In this document: positions 1 to 13,530 of the stretch, piece after piece | Layout of the letters: every line of letters begins with the position of its first letter | How positions within the stretch are numbered: position 1 is the first letter of the stretch | From: Eledone cirrhosa | Lineage: Eukaryota | Reading direction: 5' to 3' | DNA: 64,000 nt | Assembly: GCA_964016885.1 (NCBI GenBank) | Contig: OZ024741.1 | Location: 319,982,001 to 320,046,000, forward strand | The notes under the pieces: generated by a model | Told to the model about the DNA's origin: nothing | The model's input: the letters and a program-made list of their open reading frames with translations, nothing else | Databases searched by the model: none | Made by a program: the position numbers and the translations under genes

Positions 1-117
1 ATATATTTAAAGGTTAAACAAGGTTCAATGAATAAATCAATGAATAAAGTTTTACAATAGATTAGAAGCACTCCAACTTTAACCATCTACTTAGTCAAGG
101 TATGTCATGCATCATCT

Positions 118-184
118 TATTTTATCTGCTGAGGACGTACTGTTGAAGATAGCTCAGTACCTCTGAAATATGTATAATAAAATA
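118..184 (+). ncRNA. Type I hammerhead ribozyme, core variant CUGCUGA, in a PLE pseudo-LTR-like unit
   Basis: Stem I tattttat/ataaaata; ctgctga; stem II ggacgtactg/cagtacctct; gaaa; short stem III; AUA triplet. Same stem I as the 6113-6183 copy. Confidence 0.65.
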
Positions 185-252
185 TACTTGACCACACGAA
201 TGTCTATATTTGTTAATATTTTGAATTTATATATATATATATATATATATAT

Positions 253-730
253 AAGGGAAAAAGATGAAATCGAAAATGCAACTGGAGTCTTTTTAAAAAA
301 AAAAAATATTTATTTGGTTCCTTTACCGGTTTCGCAGTTCTTCTTCTTTTCAAAAGTAGGATTGAGATGGAGGGTTTGTAGTTTTTCTCACATCTGGTTG
401 GTCTTTGAATGTTACTTCTGTTTTATATGGAAAAAAGTGGCTCGAAAAGCCAGGTTTTTAGAGAAGTAATTTGGTTGGTGAATAAGTATAATAAATTTCG
501 CGCCAGTTCGCGTGACAAAGTTCTTATTATATTTGCCTTCAAACAAAGGGAGGGCTCAGGTTGTTTTTTCATATATGAGTGAAGTTTGGTTGGTTGATGC
601 AGTCAAGTGAATAAGCACATCAGCTTTCGCGCCAGTTTGTGTTTGAATTTCTTTTTACTTAAAAAAGGTGGCTCACGAAGGCTTTTTTTTATAAACGTAA
701 TTTGATTGGTTATAAATGAAATTATGACTG
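253..730 (-). mobile_element. PLE pLTR-like repeat (family also at 14990-15132 and 40970-41291) with degenerate HHR
   Basis: Shared gatgaaatcgaaaatgcaactggagtc...ttcctttaccggtttcgcagttc; abuts (TA)n; minus strand reads ttgaaaa-[stem]-ctgc-gaaa-ccgg-ta-aagg; internal ~120-bp repeats. Confidence 0.55.
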
Positions 731-1445
731 GGGTCGATTTAATCGACTTTCCCCTCCCCCAACATTGCTGGCTTTGTGCCTATATAAAAAGCCATTATTA
801 ATGCTATAGATGTGGCAACTGTTGTCTTTTGAAAACGTGGGCACAATTGAAGTTGTTAGTGTGTTGCTGTTTAGATTTATCGTTTTGTTGCTGTTTGATA
901 GTTTTGACTGAGTGGTGGTGATGGTGGTGGTGATGATGGTGGTGGCAGTTGATGCTGTTGTTTGGCGTTTCATCGTTTTGATGCTGTTGTCGTTGTAGAT
1001 ATTCGCGTTGGTGTTCGTTTGAATGCTGCTGTTGTTGTTTTTGTTGTAGATGTTAGTGATCGTTGATCGCTTTGATTGACTGTTGGTGATGTCAGTTAAT
1101 GTTGTTGTTGTTTGACTTTTATCGTTTGGATGCTGCTGTTGTTGTTGTTATAGATGTTGGTGTTCATAAGCTCTGACCCGGTCACTAAACACCAGGGTCA
1201 GTCTATTTAAAGATTTTTGTCCTCTTCCCTTCAAATTTGTGGGAAAGGACGTTATAGACATTCTGGTAGGGTTAATTTGTGCTTGTCTTTCTTTTCATCA
1301 TATTTAAAACAAAGCACATACGAATATTATTTAGTTTGAAAAAGTCAAAATCGACAAAAGGTACTTTGTCCGTTGCAACTGTGACAGAAATTTTTTCAGG
1401 GTGTCTGGATAGCTTCCTTATCCAAACATACATACATGCATACAT

Positions 1446-1516
<71 letters not shown>

Positions 1517-1785
1517 TGTCTAATCCGTTACAACAGTGAAATATATAGGTAGTTACGTTTCATTGCGTTGTCAATCCCAACTCTTTCAGTATGTTATGAT
1601 ATCAATGCCGTGGGTCCATTTTCATATTGTGTAGGGTTCTAGGATATATTTTTGTGTAGGGTATTCCGATATTTTTGTGTAGAGTAATATATATATAACG
1701 TATACACACGTGTTAATTTTTGTGGTCGACTGTTACATGAATAATTTCGAGTGTGTATTATAAGCACCGAATATTATGGTAATAT

Positions 1786-1968
1786 AATTGTTTCTACTTT
1801 AGGCACAAGGCCAGCAATTACCCAGTACATTACTGGTACTTTATTTTATCGACCCCGTAAGGATGAAAGACAAAGTTAACCTCGGCGGGATTTGAACTCA
1901 GACTGTAAAGGGACGTAACTATGCTAGAAAACATGGCGTCCTACCCTCTACCGATACTGCCAATTCAC
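1786..1968 (-). mobile_element. tRNA-derived SINE (family A)
   Basis: A box tggcagtatcggtaga, B box gagttcaaatcc, central ctttcatccttacggggtcgataaa, tail ggccttgtgcc...gaaacaatt. Confidence 0.9.
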
Positions 1969-2049
1969 AATGTTAATGAATTTCAGTTTGAGAATAGTGG
2001 CTTTCCAACTCATGAACTTTTAAATTTGCGAATGGCAAGTAGATGAAGC

Positions 2050-2760
2050 TTTGTGTTGAAATTTACATAATTTTACGGTAAGACACTAATTCAAGCTCCA
2101 ACTCCATCCTGCTGCCAATCTTCATTTTCAACTCTCGCATCACGGTGAAAGAACCCGTGTCCAAATTAGTGGGGGATCTTTTAAGTAGGAGTTTTTGCAG
2201 ATAGTCAACCCAACGGCTATAATGAAATTCGGAGTTTGGTGGGAACAAGCGCTGGATAAATGCGGATTCTTATGGCCAGATGGTTCTCGGGTGTAGACCA
2301 GATCCAGTCATAACATCAACAGAATGCAGTGCATGCATGGCTGATGTGGACACCTATGTCCTCTTTACCTTGGCCTGTGGAAATGTAGGTGGTCAACATC
2401 TCACAGGTGACTACGTCGGAAACCAATTTCAAAAGACAAGATATCTTTTGGCTGCATTGATCTTCATGCTAACATGGATCGTGTACAGGCTGAGGTGTTC
2501 AATTGCTAATTGACTAGCAATTATCCTGAGTTTATCGGTATAGTCAAGGTCAGTGACACTAAAGTATCTTCCTACAGCAACGCCTAAAAATCGTTCAGAT
2601 TGAGCTCGACAATTCAGTAATTGACATGACTGAAAAGCGTTCTGTGAACTCCAAAATACGTCTGTCATGATATTCGGCAATTTCCTTGCTTGGCTCTTCC
2701 TTTAAAACTGCTGACATTCCCCGATAAGCAGTTTTAATGTTAGATAGTTCGTACTCTACC
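2050..2760 (-). pseudogene. Old RTE-like reverse transcriptase fragment
   Basis: Broken minus-strand frames with VTDLDYTDKL (YADD-like) and downstream RT-like segments. Confidence 0.45.
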
Positions 2761-2770
2761 AAAGCAAGTA

Positions 2771-3300
2771 TGTTTGCGGCTGGATATATCTCCAAAGTTC
2801 CGCCTCCAACATATGAATTTGCATATATGCAGATATAAAGGTATGTCTGTCTGTTTCATACAGGCGTTCATATCTGTGAGTGCGATGGTTTATAAATACG
2901 CATGGATGTATATATGTATTTGTCTGTGAGGGTAAGATTATATGTATACACATAAATATATTTATTTGTATGTGTATGGACATGAATACAAACAGTTGTA
3001 GGGTTAGATGGTTCACAATATATCAAAGTGTGTATACTTGCGGCTGGATGTCGTATCTCCAATGTACCGTCTCCACCATATGAATATACATATATATATA
3101 TAGATATAAATTTGTGTGTGTTTCATATGTACGAGAACATCTGTGAGTGCAATGTCATATAAATACACATGTATGTATATATAGATTTCTCTATTGAGAA
3201 TAAGATTATATGCATACATATAAATATGTGTATGTGTATGAATGTAGAAATGTAAGTGTTTCTGCGTACAAACGTATGTGCATATATAACTCCAAATATT
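2771..3300. repeat. Diverged two-unit tandem repeat (~265 bp)
   Basis: ttgcggctggat...tatctccaa...ctcca.catatgaat recurs at ~2774 and ~3038 with colinear downstream sequence. Confidence 0.7.
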
Positions 3301-3696
3301 CAAAACCTCAAGTCAACCCAGAATTCGACAAACAAACCATATTGGAAATAAGCCGATTCCCAGAGGTATATGTTCTTTCAGCTAAGACCAATGTCAAAGA
3401 GCATGAAAATAAAACGCAATGTTGTGAGCTGGAATATCAAATATTTATTATAAGGTTGTAAAGTAGTTTCCTTTTCTTTGTCCTAGTAGTGCCTGTACGT
3501 AATCTCACACTATCACACACACACACAACCACACACACACACACACACACATACACACACACACACAACCACACACACACAAACACACACACACACACAC
3601 AACCACACACACACACACATATATATATGCATAAATATGTGTGTGCATAAATATATCGATGTGTATATGTAAAAAAAATCTATATAATACACATTT

Positions 3697-3751
<55 letters not shown>

Positions 3752-4429
3752 CATGCATCTGACATGTGTATGAACGCTGCTCTCCTGTGTATTTGAAATA
3801 GGTATTATGCACGCTTATATAAGTGACTGTGTCATTGCCATTGTTTCAGTTCACGAAACAATATCATTTGCTAAAATATCATATGTTGCATCACTTCATC
3901 GTTGTCAAGATATATGTTTAATGGCCACATTCGTAACAACCACTTTCATCTCTTGTACACCGCTGTTGGTGTACGCATATAATTTTGTGTTTTCTCATCT
4001 TCAACATTACTCTAGAACATATAAACTACTAATTATCCACAGAGATATACACATATTTAAATGAGATATTGTTAGCATTCAATTATGCTTCAAAGCCTGA
4101 TTCGTTATCCCTCAAGGAAAACATAAAATTATAGTGAAGCTGGAAGACTGCAATGAGTTGTAAACTTCCTTTGCATTGGATCACGAAATACTGTCTAAAA
4201 TTGTATAGCAAAACATAGGCGTTTATTAATGTATTGTGTCGCAATACAAAAACGCCAATCATGCGCCATCTGCTCTGAAATGTCATGTCCTGGTAAAGGC
4301 TACTGACATATTAGAAACAATACACCAAGGGGCCATTAGGATCTAGGCTTTAGCGATGATACACGAAGATTAGCCTTTTGCATATTTCATGCCAATTAGG
4401 AAATTTCAAAGTAAAAAAAAAATATATAT

Positions 4430-4618
4430 ATATATATATGAATGTATATATAGTGTATTTTGCAATACACTGTATGCTTAATTAAAAACATTTCGAAGAC
4501 CTTATGCTAATGTTTTAGAGTAGTGACAGTCTCACTTACTTTAATTTTCAGCAAACAGGGGAGATAAAGCATACAGTGTATTGCAAAATATACTATATAT
4601 ATACATTCATATATATAT
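4430..4618. repeat. Fold-back unit with ~50-bp inverted arms between (TA)n runs
   Basis: tatatgaatgtatatatagtgtattttgcaatacactgtatgctt is inverted at ~4567-4618. Confidence 0.8.
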
Positions 4619-4637
4619 CGCTATTTCAGAGCACCAA

Positions 4638-4686
<49 letters not shown>

Positions 4687-6002
4687 CATTCTATAGATTT
4701 CATAGACTGATAATATAATCAACGAGGCTCCATAGATTTATAAAATTCCTATTCTCCCGTGTCTATCTCCTAAAATACATTTATTTTGATTCCAGTATAA
4801 ACGAGAAGAATTACTTTGCTGCGTCAAATATGTGATTTTCAGTCATAAACTCGTTTCAAAATTATCATTATAGACCGATCTTTGCCCAACAGTTATCATC
4901 TTCAATTGATTTGTTAATTACTCTCTTATGGCTGAACCGGACTGTTTTTTCTAGCAGCCCAGTTACTTGCCATTGTCCACATACTGCACACACGTTTTTC
5001 CCGTAATAATTGTTCCATTTGAAATTATCGTTGGTAGCGGATAACTCAGAAGAAGGAGGAGGTCCTTGATGAGCTGAGACTTCTCAGTGCTCAGAAACTG
5101 CTATTACTCAGCAAAACTGCAGTCGGGACATCAAAGTAAATATATATATAAGCATAGATCGTATTGCTTCTCAAAATATCTGACTGTGTAAGTGCACATA
5201 TGTATATGCGATATGTTTGCAATATCAAGCATTTATATTGAAATGATGAAACATTCTATATATTGACATTTGACTATATTCCTAGTAATAGAGGAGAAAG
5301 AATGGATGTAAAATAAGAAAATTTAAAAAATATGAACGGAAAAGGAAAGGAAAGCCAAGGGCTCTAATGTAACAGAAGATTGGGGAGTAGAACGGGAGGG
5401 TGGAGGGGCTTTGGATCTAGGGCACGGCGATAATGGGGCTGCGTCCTGCGGACAAGACTGTAAAAGCATTCCCGAGGACAATGCTCAGCGGCACCCCCTG
5501 CCACAGTCACCCTACCTCAGACGAGACGTCGACATTCCGATCTTGCAGAGAAGCTCGGCAGTACGGAGTTTAACTACGCACTAAGTCTCGACGATGACCG
5601 GTGCGACCGGGGCAAAAGATTCACATCCGTGCTGCTCATGCTTAAGTATCAACCGATAATATTACTCGGAATAGAGTTGCAACCATCATGCATAAGTAAC
5701 CACTCAACATTTCAAATATATCTTCAAAGAATTAGTTACAGATCAAAATATATAAAGACATTATTTTGACATGTTTTTCCATACAACTTCCAGACATATG
5801 AGCAATAAAATTCAGATCTAACAGTCCAGACAACTAAATGATAGGCCGATGCTTTACTAGTTAAAAGTGGCGTTACGTGCTACAGATGAAGTTAAATTGG
5901 CATTATGAACTGTGATATATATATAAGCATTAAACTAATATATTTATTCCATGTACTGCGCCGTTTGTATTGCTATTTTTGTTATTACTTTTACACACAC
6001 AT

Positions 6003-6077
<75 letters not shown>

Positions 6078-6112
6078 ATATAAGATCAAAAGATGCTTAA
6101 AAGAGTTCCAAG

Positions 6113-6183
6113 TATTTTATTATGCGCATTTCAAAAACTTATATCATCATGGGATGATATCTGCGTTCTCATCAGATAAAATA
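6113..6183 (-). ncRNA. Type I hammerhead ribozyme, intact core
   Basis: Minus strand: tattttat CTGATGA gaac..atatcatc ccat gatgatat..gttttt GAAA tgcgca TA ataaaata; 8-bp stem I, palindromic stem III, AUA site. Confidence 0.8.
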
Positions 6184-6910
6184 GGGAGACATGATATGAA
6201 GCTTAAAAAACACTTGTGAGCAGTGAAGTTTTACATCAACATATGAAAAATAAAGTAAGGTGGATATATGAGATTGGGAAAAAATGAGGGGAGGGGGTAG
6301 GAAAAGATAAGGAAGAGGAAGAAAGAAAATAAAGGATGGTAGGGGAGGAGTATAAGAAGGAAGGATGAGAGAGGAGGAGAAATGAGTGATGGAGAGAGAG
6401 AAATAGCCTTTACAACTGAGAAAACATTGTCTCACAGAGAGAAATTAAAAAACCTTTGGGAGATAATAGATAATTTAAAAAGATTTAGAAATTAAAAGTT
6501 AATGAGGTTTATGGATGTTGATGTTTATGATTGAAGAAAAAGGAATTAGGAATAGTATTAATTTAGGTTTATATATTGAAGGGTTTAATCATATGTGCGA
6601 AAAAAAAGAAGAATTTATTAATATGTATTATTAAAATAAAAATATTAAGGATATTAAGGATATAATGTGAAAGAAGGAGAAGAATAAATGAATTATGAAC
6701 TTAGAGGAATTAGTTAGGGTTTAAGTTTGTTTTTATGTATTGTAATATGTAAAAGTAAATAATAGGTTTAAAACGAGCATGGAAGGAGAGAAGAAAAAAG
6801 AAAAATTTAAGGAAGAAAAAATATCTAACGTCAAAAAGTATATATGTTTACAAAAATTTTCTAATGGTAATATTATTATATATTAAAAAATAAATAGTTT
6901 CTATGGCCAA

Positions 6911-7007
6911 TAATTGTTTCTACTTTAGGCACAAGGCCATTACTGGTACTTTATTTTATCGACCCCGTAAGGATGAAAGGCAAAGTCAACCTCGGCGGGA
7001 TTTGAAC
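6911..7007 (-). mobile_element. 5'-truncated SINE family A with 14-bp TSD
   Basis: SINE body; ctatggccaataat duplicated on both sides. Confidence 0.85.
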
Positions 7008-7061
7008 TATGGCCAATAATATGAGAAAAAATGGAAAAATGGAAAATGCTGTAGTGAATAA

Positions 7062-7132
7062 TAATTGTTTCTACTTTTGGCACAAGGCCAGCAATTACCC
7101 AGTGCATTACTGGTACTTTATTTTATCTACCA
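7062..7132 (-). mobile_element. 5'-truncated SINE family A
   Basis: SINE 3' part; imperfect TSD tgtagtga(g/a)taataat. Confidence 0.8.
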
Positions 7133-7560
7133 TGTAGTGAGTAATAATATGAATTGAGAAGTAATTGGGAAGTAAAAGTTACAGATTAAAGATTAGAAAT
7201 AAAAAAATAAAAAAGGAAGAGAGGAAAAAGGATAACAAGAAGAAACATAGGGGATCACAACGACATAGAGTGAGTAAATTGTATAACATAATATATTGAA
7301 ATAAGGTAGAAAGATGGGTATATTTGTAAAAGATATATAGCCTTTGAGAAAAGAAGATTTTAAACTAATTAGGTATTGAGATATTAGCTGTATACTTTAT
7401 GGAATGTTCTATGGGATTTATGCAAGCAGACCGAAAATAAAGAACTTGAAACTCTTTTAACCATCTTTTGATCTTATATTATTTATACTCCAGTCCTATA
7501 AACTGTAGAGTGCTACTTATCCGACATTTGCATTGCTTTATTGTGCTACAATAAAACTCA

Positions 7561-8190
<630 letters not shown>

Positions 8191-8746
8191 ACAATTTGTC
8201 CGTCGACATTTTTAAATTTGCATTCATTCAATCACTCAAATTCTTATACACATATACATTCACACACATAGCAACACATAAATATACAGATATATACATT
8301 CACACATTCACACAATCAACTATCATGCGAAGACACTTGCAATTAAAGGATCTTTGCAGGCATTATTCAAGAGGGAATTCAGATCAAAGCAGTGGAATGT
8401 AATAAAAGGAATCGCACTGGGTAATAGCTGGCCTTGTGCCTAAAGTAAAAACAATTATTGTATTACAGATATAAAACCTATTCAATTTGACATTTAATCG
8501 GATATGAATCCAGTTGAAACAGCATCGAAAGGTGAAGGTGAAACGCGTAATTCCACCAACCTCATGATAATATAATATATTTTTGATACTACACACATAT
8601 ATATATATATATATTTATATATTTACACACAGATACCACTACATATATATATAAACATATATATACACACACACACATATATATATATATATATTTATAT
8701 ATTTACACACAGATATATGTAGTGACATATATATATAAACATATAT

Positions 8747-8805
<59 letters not shown>

Positions 8806-8818
8806 GTTAGATATAACT

Positions 8819-8854
<36 letters not shown>

Positions 8855-8965
8855 GTATGTGATATATAACTGTGTGTATGTATAGAAGTTACATTTATAC
8901 GTACGTGCATTTATATAAATACATAATGTATAAATGCCTACATATATGTATGTGTGTGTGCGTGC

Positions 8966-9018
<53 letters not shown>

Positions 9019-9188
9019 TGTGTTGATTGATTGTCTGTACATATATATTTAAATAACGATGAAAAGATATACACCAACATATATGTATATATAATATATA
9101 CTGATCTGTTCCCGTCATACTTATTTAAAGTTATAATCAATACGAATCAATAATTCATAAACGATAACGAAATTATTAAGTGTGTATA

Positions 9189-9262
<74 letters not shown>

Positions 9263-9673
9263 TATATATTATATATATATATAATGTGTGTGTGTGTGTG
9301 TATGTATGTATATATCATATACATACACACACACATATATATGTACATACATATATATATATATATATATACACATACATACATATATATATATGTATAT
9401 ATATATATGAATATATATATATATATATACAGACACACACATACACATACACACACAGATATATATATATATATGTATATATATATACAAATGTGTGTGT
9501 ATGTGTGTATATGTGCATGTTTGTACTTATGTGTTACTTATGTGTGACAGTGTGGATGCGTACGTGTCTCTGCCTCGCATTCCAATTTTCCAAACTGCGT
9601 GAAAGTAATACTTTGCACTTTATAAGTCTAACAAAATTGAATATCTTTGTGTATTCACATACATTCATACACT

Positions 9674-9953
9674 AAAGTCTAAAGTCTGTCTTAAGCCAGA
9701 AGGCTCATTTGGCCGGTGCTTATCCCGGTTTCATGGCGTGAAGCGACTGAGACTACAAGACTCCGCCCTGGACAGGATGCCAGTCCATCGCAGGATTAAA
9801 CCTCCAGCTATTGCTGGTACTCATTTTCAGCTGAGTATACTGGAGCAACGTGAAATGAAGTGTTTTGTTCAAGAAAACAACACGCAACCCAGGAATCGAG
9901 CCGACAATATTATGATCGTAAGTCAAACACCCTTACCACTAGGCCACGTGCCT
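9674..9953 (-). mobile_element. Second tRNA-derived SINE, CORE-like (family B)
   Basis: Minus strand: tggcctagtggtaag A box, gctcgattcc B box, CORE-like cttgaacaaaacacttcatttcacgttgctccagt..actcagctgaaaatgagtacc, short (agacttt) repeat tail. Confidence 0.75.
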
Positions 9954-10090
9954 CCACACATTCATACACACGCAAATTATATCTGATAAATTCTCTTGCA
10001 TTATATGTGACACAGTCTTCCGTCTTTTCTTTGAAGAAGCGTTAAAAATTATAAATATAAGTGACTTATAATATATGATACTTTGATTTA

Positions 10091-11170
10091 TCTCCTTATA
10101 ATATATAACCAGCAATTTCTCTGTCTGTCTGTCCGACAGTGGACACACGTGCGCGCGTGCGAATGTTTTTTGCGCACGCGTAGAGAGAGAGTGAGAGTGA
10201 AAGAAAGAGACAGACTACGAGAGGGGGATAGCGGGAGGGAGAGAGGGAGAGAGTGAATAGACGCTAAAACACGTGCGCGCGTGCAAATGTTTTTTGCGCA
10301 CGCGTAGAGAGAGAGAGTGAGAGTGAAAGAAAGAGACAGACTACAAGATGGGGATAGCGGGAGGGAGAGAGGGGGGAATTGAGGAGTGCTACAGAAACAT
10401 ATATACATTTCTGTGTGTGTGTAATATATATATATATATACACACAGAAATATATATATATATACACACAGAAATATATATACATTTCTGTGTGTGTAAT
10501 ATATATATATATATATACATACACACACAGAAATATATATACATTTCTGTGTGTGTAATATATATATATACATATATATATACACACACAGAAATATATA
10601 TACATTTCTGTGTGTGTAATATATTTATATATATATATATATATACACACACACAGAAATATATGGGCATTTCTCTGTCTGTCTGTCTGTCTGTCCTTCC
10701 CTAAAACTCAAATGTAGGTGCTACAGAAATATTACCTTCCCCTACCTTTCTCCACTTTGGTACTACCAAGAGAAACACTGTCGCTATAGAAACATTACCT
10801 TACTCTCCGCTGACTTTGATCACTGAGGCCGAGGGAATCGCTGGTTCCTATAGAGACACCTTGCACAAGCCAGAAGTAACCAGTTCGAGGCGGTTCTGAC
10901 GTGACACCATGCCAAGGACCATTTGAAGAAGGTTGCCATTGAATTTGTGGTTTGAAGAAGGTTGCCATTGAATTTGTGGTTGTTGCTGCTGATAATAAGG
11001 ACCATTTGAAGAAGGTTGCTGCTGATGGGGTAGTTTATTAATCAGATTGCGCAGTTCCATAACCTACGTTTGATTTGTTCAATTTTTTTCTTCAATTTTT
11101 GTTGTTATTTTTTATTTCTTATTGAAAAAATATAAATAATAAAATAAGGTTAGAAATTTAAATACAATTA
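10091..11170 (+). mobile_element. Helitron-like non-autonomous element with internal repeats
   Basis: 5' a|tctccttataatatataa followed by (tctg)n, matching the 11182 start; contains a ~123-bp duplication and a palindromic minisatellite; 3' end uncertain. Confidence 0.5.
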
Positions 11171-11181
11171 AATACGATTTA

Positions 11182-11695
11182 TCTACTTATAATATATAAT
11201 GGGCATTTCTCTGTTTGTTTGTCTGTCTGTCCGTCTGTAAAAAATGCCAAGGAAACAAATAGACGCGGTTTCAAATCTCTATGCTTTTCAAATTCATTAC
11301 ATTAATCTTTATTTATACGTTTCGCTTTACGAGTGTTTCGACTTACGAGTGTTTCGGCTTACGAGTGTTTCGGCTTATCATTATATATAAACGTTTCTAT
11401 TTCCTTCGTTTTATCGTGAACGTTTATATATTTCCATCGTTATATCATAACGTTTATGTATCATAACGTTTATATTTCCGTCACTAATCTCTTTTTCTCC
11501 TTTTTCGTTTTAACATATATTTATTTCAAAGATTTCACCGTATAGATAACATATATATTTGTACATGCATAAAAGACACACCGAGAGACGGTGAACATGT
11601 GGTGCTGAAAACATTTCTCATCCAAATCTCAACAATATCAGTATATACACTAGATTTGCTAGCAGAAAACCGCCCACCGGATGGTTTTCTGCTAG
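11182..11695 (+). mobile_element. Non-autonomous Helitron-like element
   Basis: A|TC start, (tctg)n near the 5' end, 3' hairpin ctagcagaaaacc...ggttttctgctag ending CTAG|T. Confidence 0.7.
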
Positions 11696-12160
11696 TCTAT
11701 ATATATAAAACTGGGGTTGTCTGTCTGTCTGTCTACTAAAACGCTCGGCACACATCTCCTATACAACCGTACGTTCAAATTTCGGTGAAATTACACTTAT
11801 AGATGAAGGTCCGGCGGAGACATCGGTCAAAAAAATTTTCAAATCGACGCACGCCAAGTGCAAAAATCGAATTTGTAATGTACTGATTTTTCAGTTCAAA
11901 TGTATAAATAGAGATGAGAGACGAGTTATTTCCATTTTATGGCGTCATTTGTTTATCTATTTACGTTACGAACAAACTACGCGTACAAAAATACGCGAAC
12001 GGTATTCGGGCCAGCAAAATTTTAACCTGCAAAATTAATGAGTTCGAAGTCTCAACATTAAGCTTCCATTTTGCTTAATTTCCATTAAAAAGTCTTTTAA
12101 AACAATATTTCAGCGCATCAGCCTCGCCATCACCCGAGGCAACGCTGCGAGTGTGCTGAC
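11696..12160 (+). mobile_element. Further Helitron-like element in tandem
   Basis: tctatatatataaaactgggg-(tctg)n begins immediately after the preceding CTAG; degenerate 3' hairpin acccgaggcaacgctgcgagtg. Confidence 0.55.
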
Positions 12161-12646
12161 TTGCCTCAAAATTAGAGAGGTTGCCCAGTACTCGCGACGT
12201 TGCTGTCTTTTGCTCTGGTGTTGGCTCCGTTGTTCACCCCTTCCACATTTTCTTTAATAGGAATATATCTTTCATTGTATCATCCTTTGTAGTGTTACCG
12301 AGGCATTTGTAATGTTATTTATGTATATATTTAAAATATATTTGTTATGTTATTCTACTGTATTTATTTATATGCTCTGTTTATATTTTCATTCTCACTA
12401 CCCTCAAAAATATATGAAACTACATACATGTTGCAACTCTCTCTCTCTATATATATCACACACACACATATACATATACATCTAAAGAGAGAAAGGGAGA
12501 TGTAGAGAGAGAGAGAGTGACATAGGTCGTTATACAGGGAGCGGTACAAGATAATCAGATAGAGAGACAGAGAGAGAGAATGGCGACGAACGTTGGTTCT
12601 CACACACACGCACAGACACATATATATATAAAGACAGAGAGAGAGA

Positions 12647-12708
<62 letters not shown>

Positions 12709-12765
12709 GATCTGCGCGTTCTTTATTGTTCTCCATTCTGTAGAGGAAGAGAGAGAGAGGGGTTT

Positions 12766-12831
<66 letters not shown>

Positions 12832-13019
12832 GGTATGAGAAAAAAGGGAGAGGGGTTGAGAAAGAAAGTTTAAGCAAAGAATCGCTGCTTTCAACATTAA
12901 TGGGATCTTCTTAAACTAATAAATTCTATCTGTGAACGCAGAATTAAATATTTCGAGAAACGTTGCAACCGAAGGAAAACAGGAAGACGATATTTTGGTT
13001 CGTGAAGACGTTCCCTGAT

Positions 13020-13204
13020 AATTGTTTCTACTTTAGGCACACGGCCAGCAAATTACCCAGTGCATTACTGGTACTTTATTTTATCGACCCCGTAAGGATG
13101 AAAGGCAAAGTCAACCTCGGCGGGATTTGAATTCAGATCGTAAAGGGACGTAACTATGCTGGAAATCATGACGTCCGACCCTCTACCGATACTGCCAATC
13201 CACC
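13020..13204 (-). mobile_element. SINE family A with 18-bp TSD
   Basis: Near full SINE; aagacgttccctgataat on both sides. Confidence 0.92.
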
Positions 13205-13419
13205 AAGACGTTCCCTGATAATGAACGGAAAAAAGCGAGGATAATACGTCGTTATGTGGATCGAGAAGAACGATTTCATGCAAAGACGAAACCAAGATTA
13301 TGGTGTAAATGGAGTCGTTAGACTAATATTCTATTTAAAATAACCGAATGATTTCCAGCCCCGGAGTTTAAGAATGATGTAAATAAAATTGTAAACGAAA
13401 ATGACAGAGGTTATTAAAA

Positions 13420-13530
13420 TAGTTGTTTCTACTTTTGGCACAAGGCCAGTAATTACCCAGTACAATACTGGTACTTTATTTTATCGACCCCGTAAGGATG
13501 AAAGGCAAAGTCAACCTCGACGTGATTTTA
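13420..13530 (-). mobile_element. 5'-truncated SINE family A
   Basis: Matches the family 3' half. Confidence 0.85.

Larger units (their letters stand above)
6075..7482 (-). mobile_element. 1.4-kb non-coding PLE-like unit with HHR and ~45-bp terminal inverted repeats
   Basis: aatataagatcaaaagatgcttaaaagagttccaagt at the left end is inverted at ~7436-7482; strongly strand-biased composition; two SINE insertions inside. Confidence 0.7.

Noticed and set aside
722-1200. Thr/Asn-rich ORF (similar at 47893-48264 and 57501-57698)
   Set aside because: Degenerate (GTT/GGT)n low-complexity sequence.
5060-5110. ttgatga gctgag actt ctcagt gctca gaaa, a hammerhead candidate
   Set aside because: Core register and stems I and III cannot be formed consistently.
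8370-8556. gaaacgcgta attcc HHR 3' half with upstream ggaat
   Set aside because: No recognisable CUGAnGA, and a SINE stub interrupts the region.
10389-10670. CRISPR-like array of palindromic repeats
   Set aside because: The spacers are just (TA)n, there are no cas genes and the context is eukaryotic.
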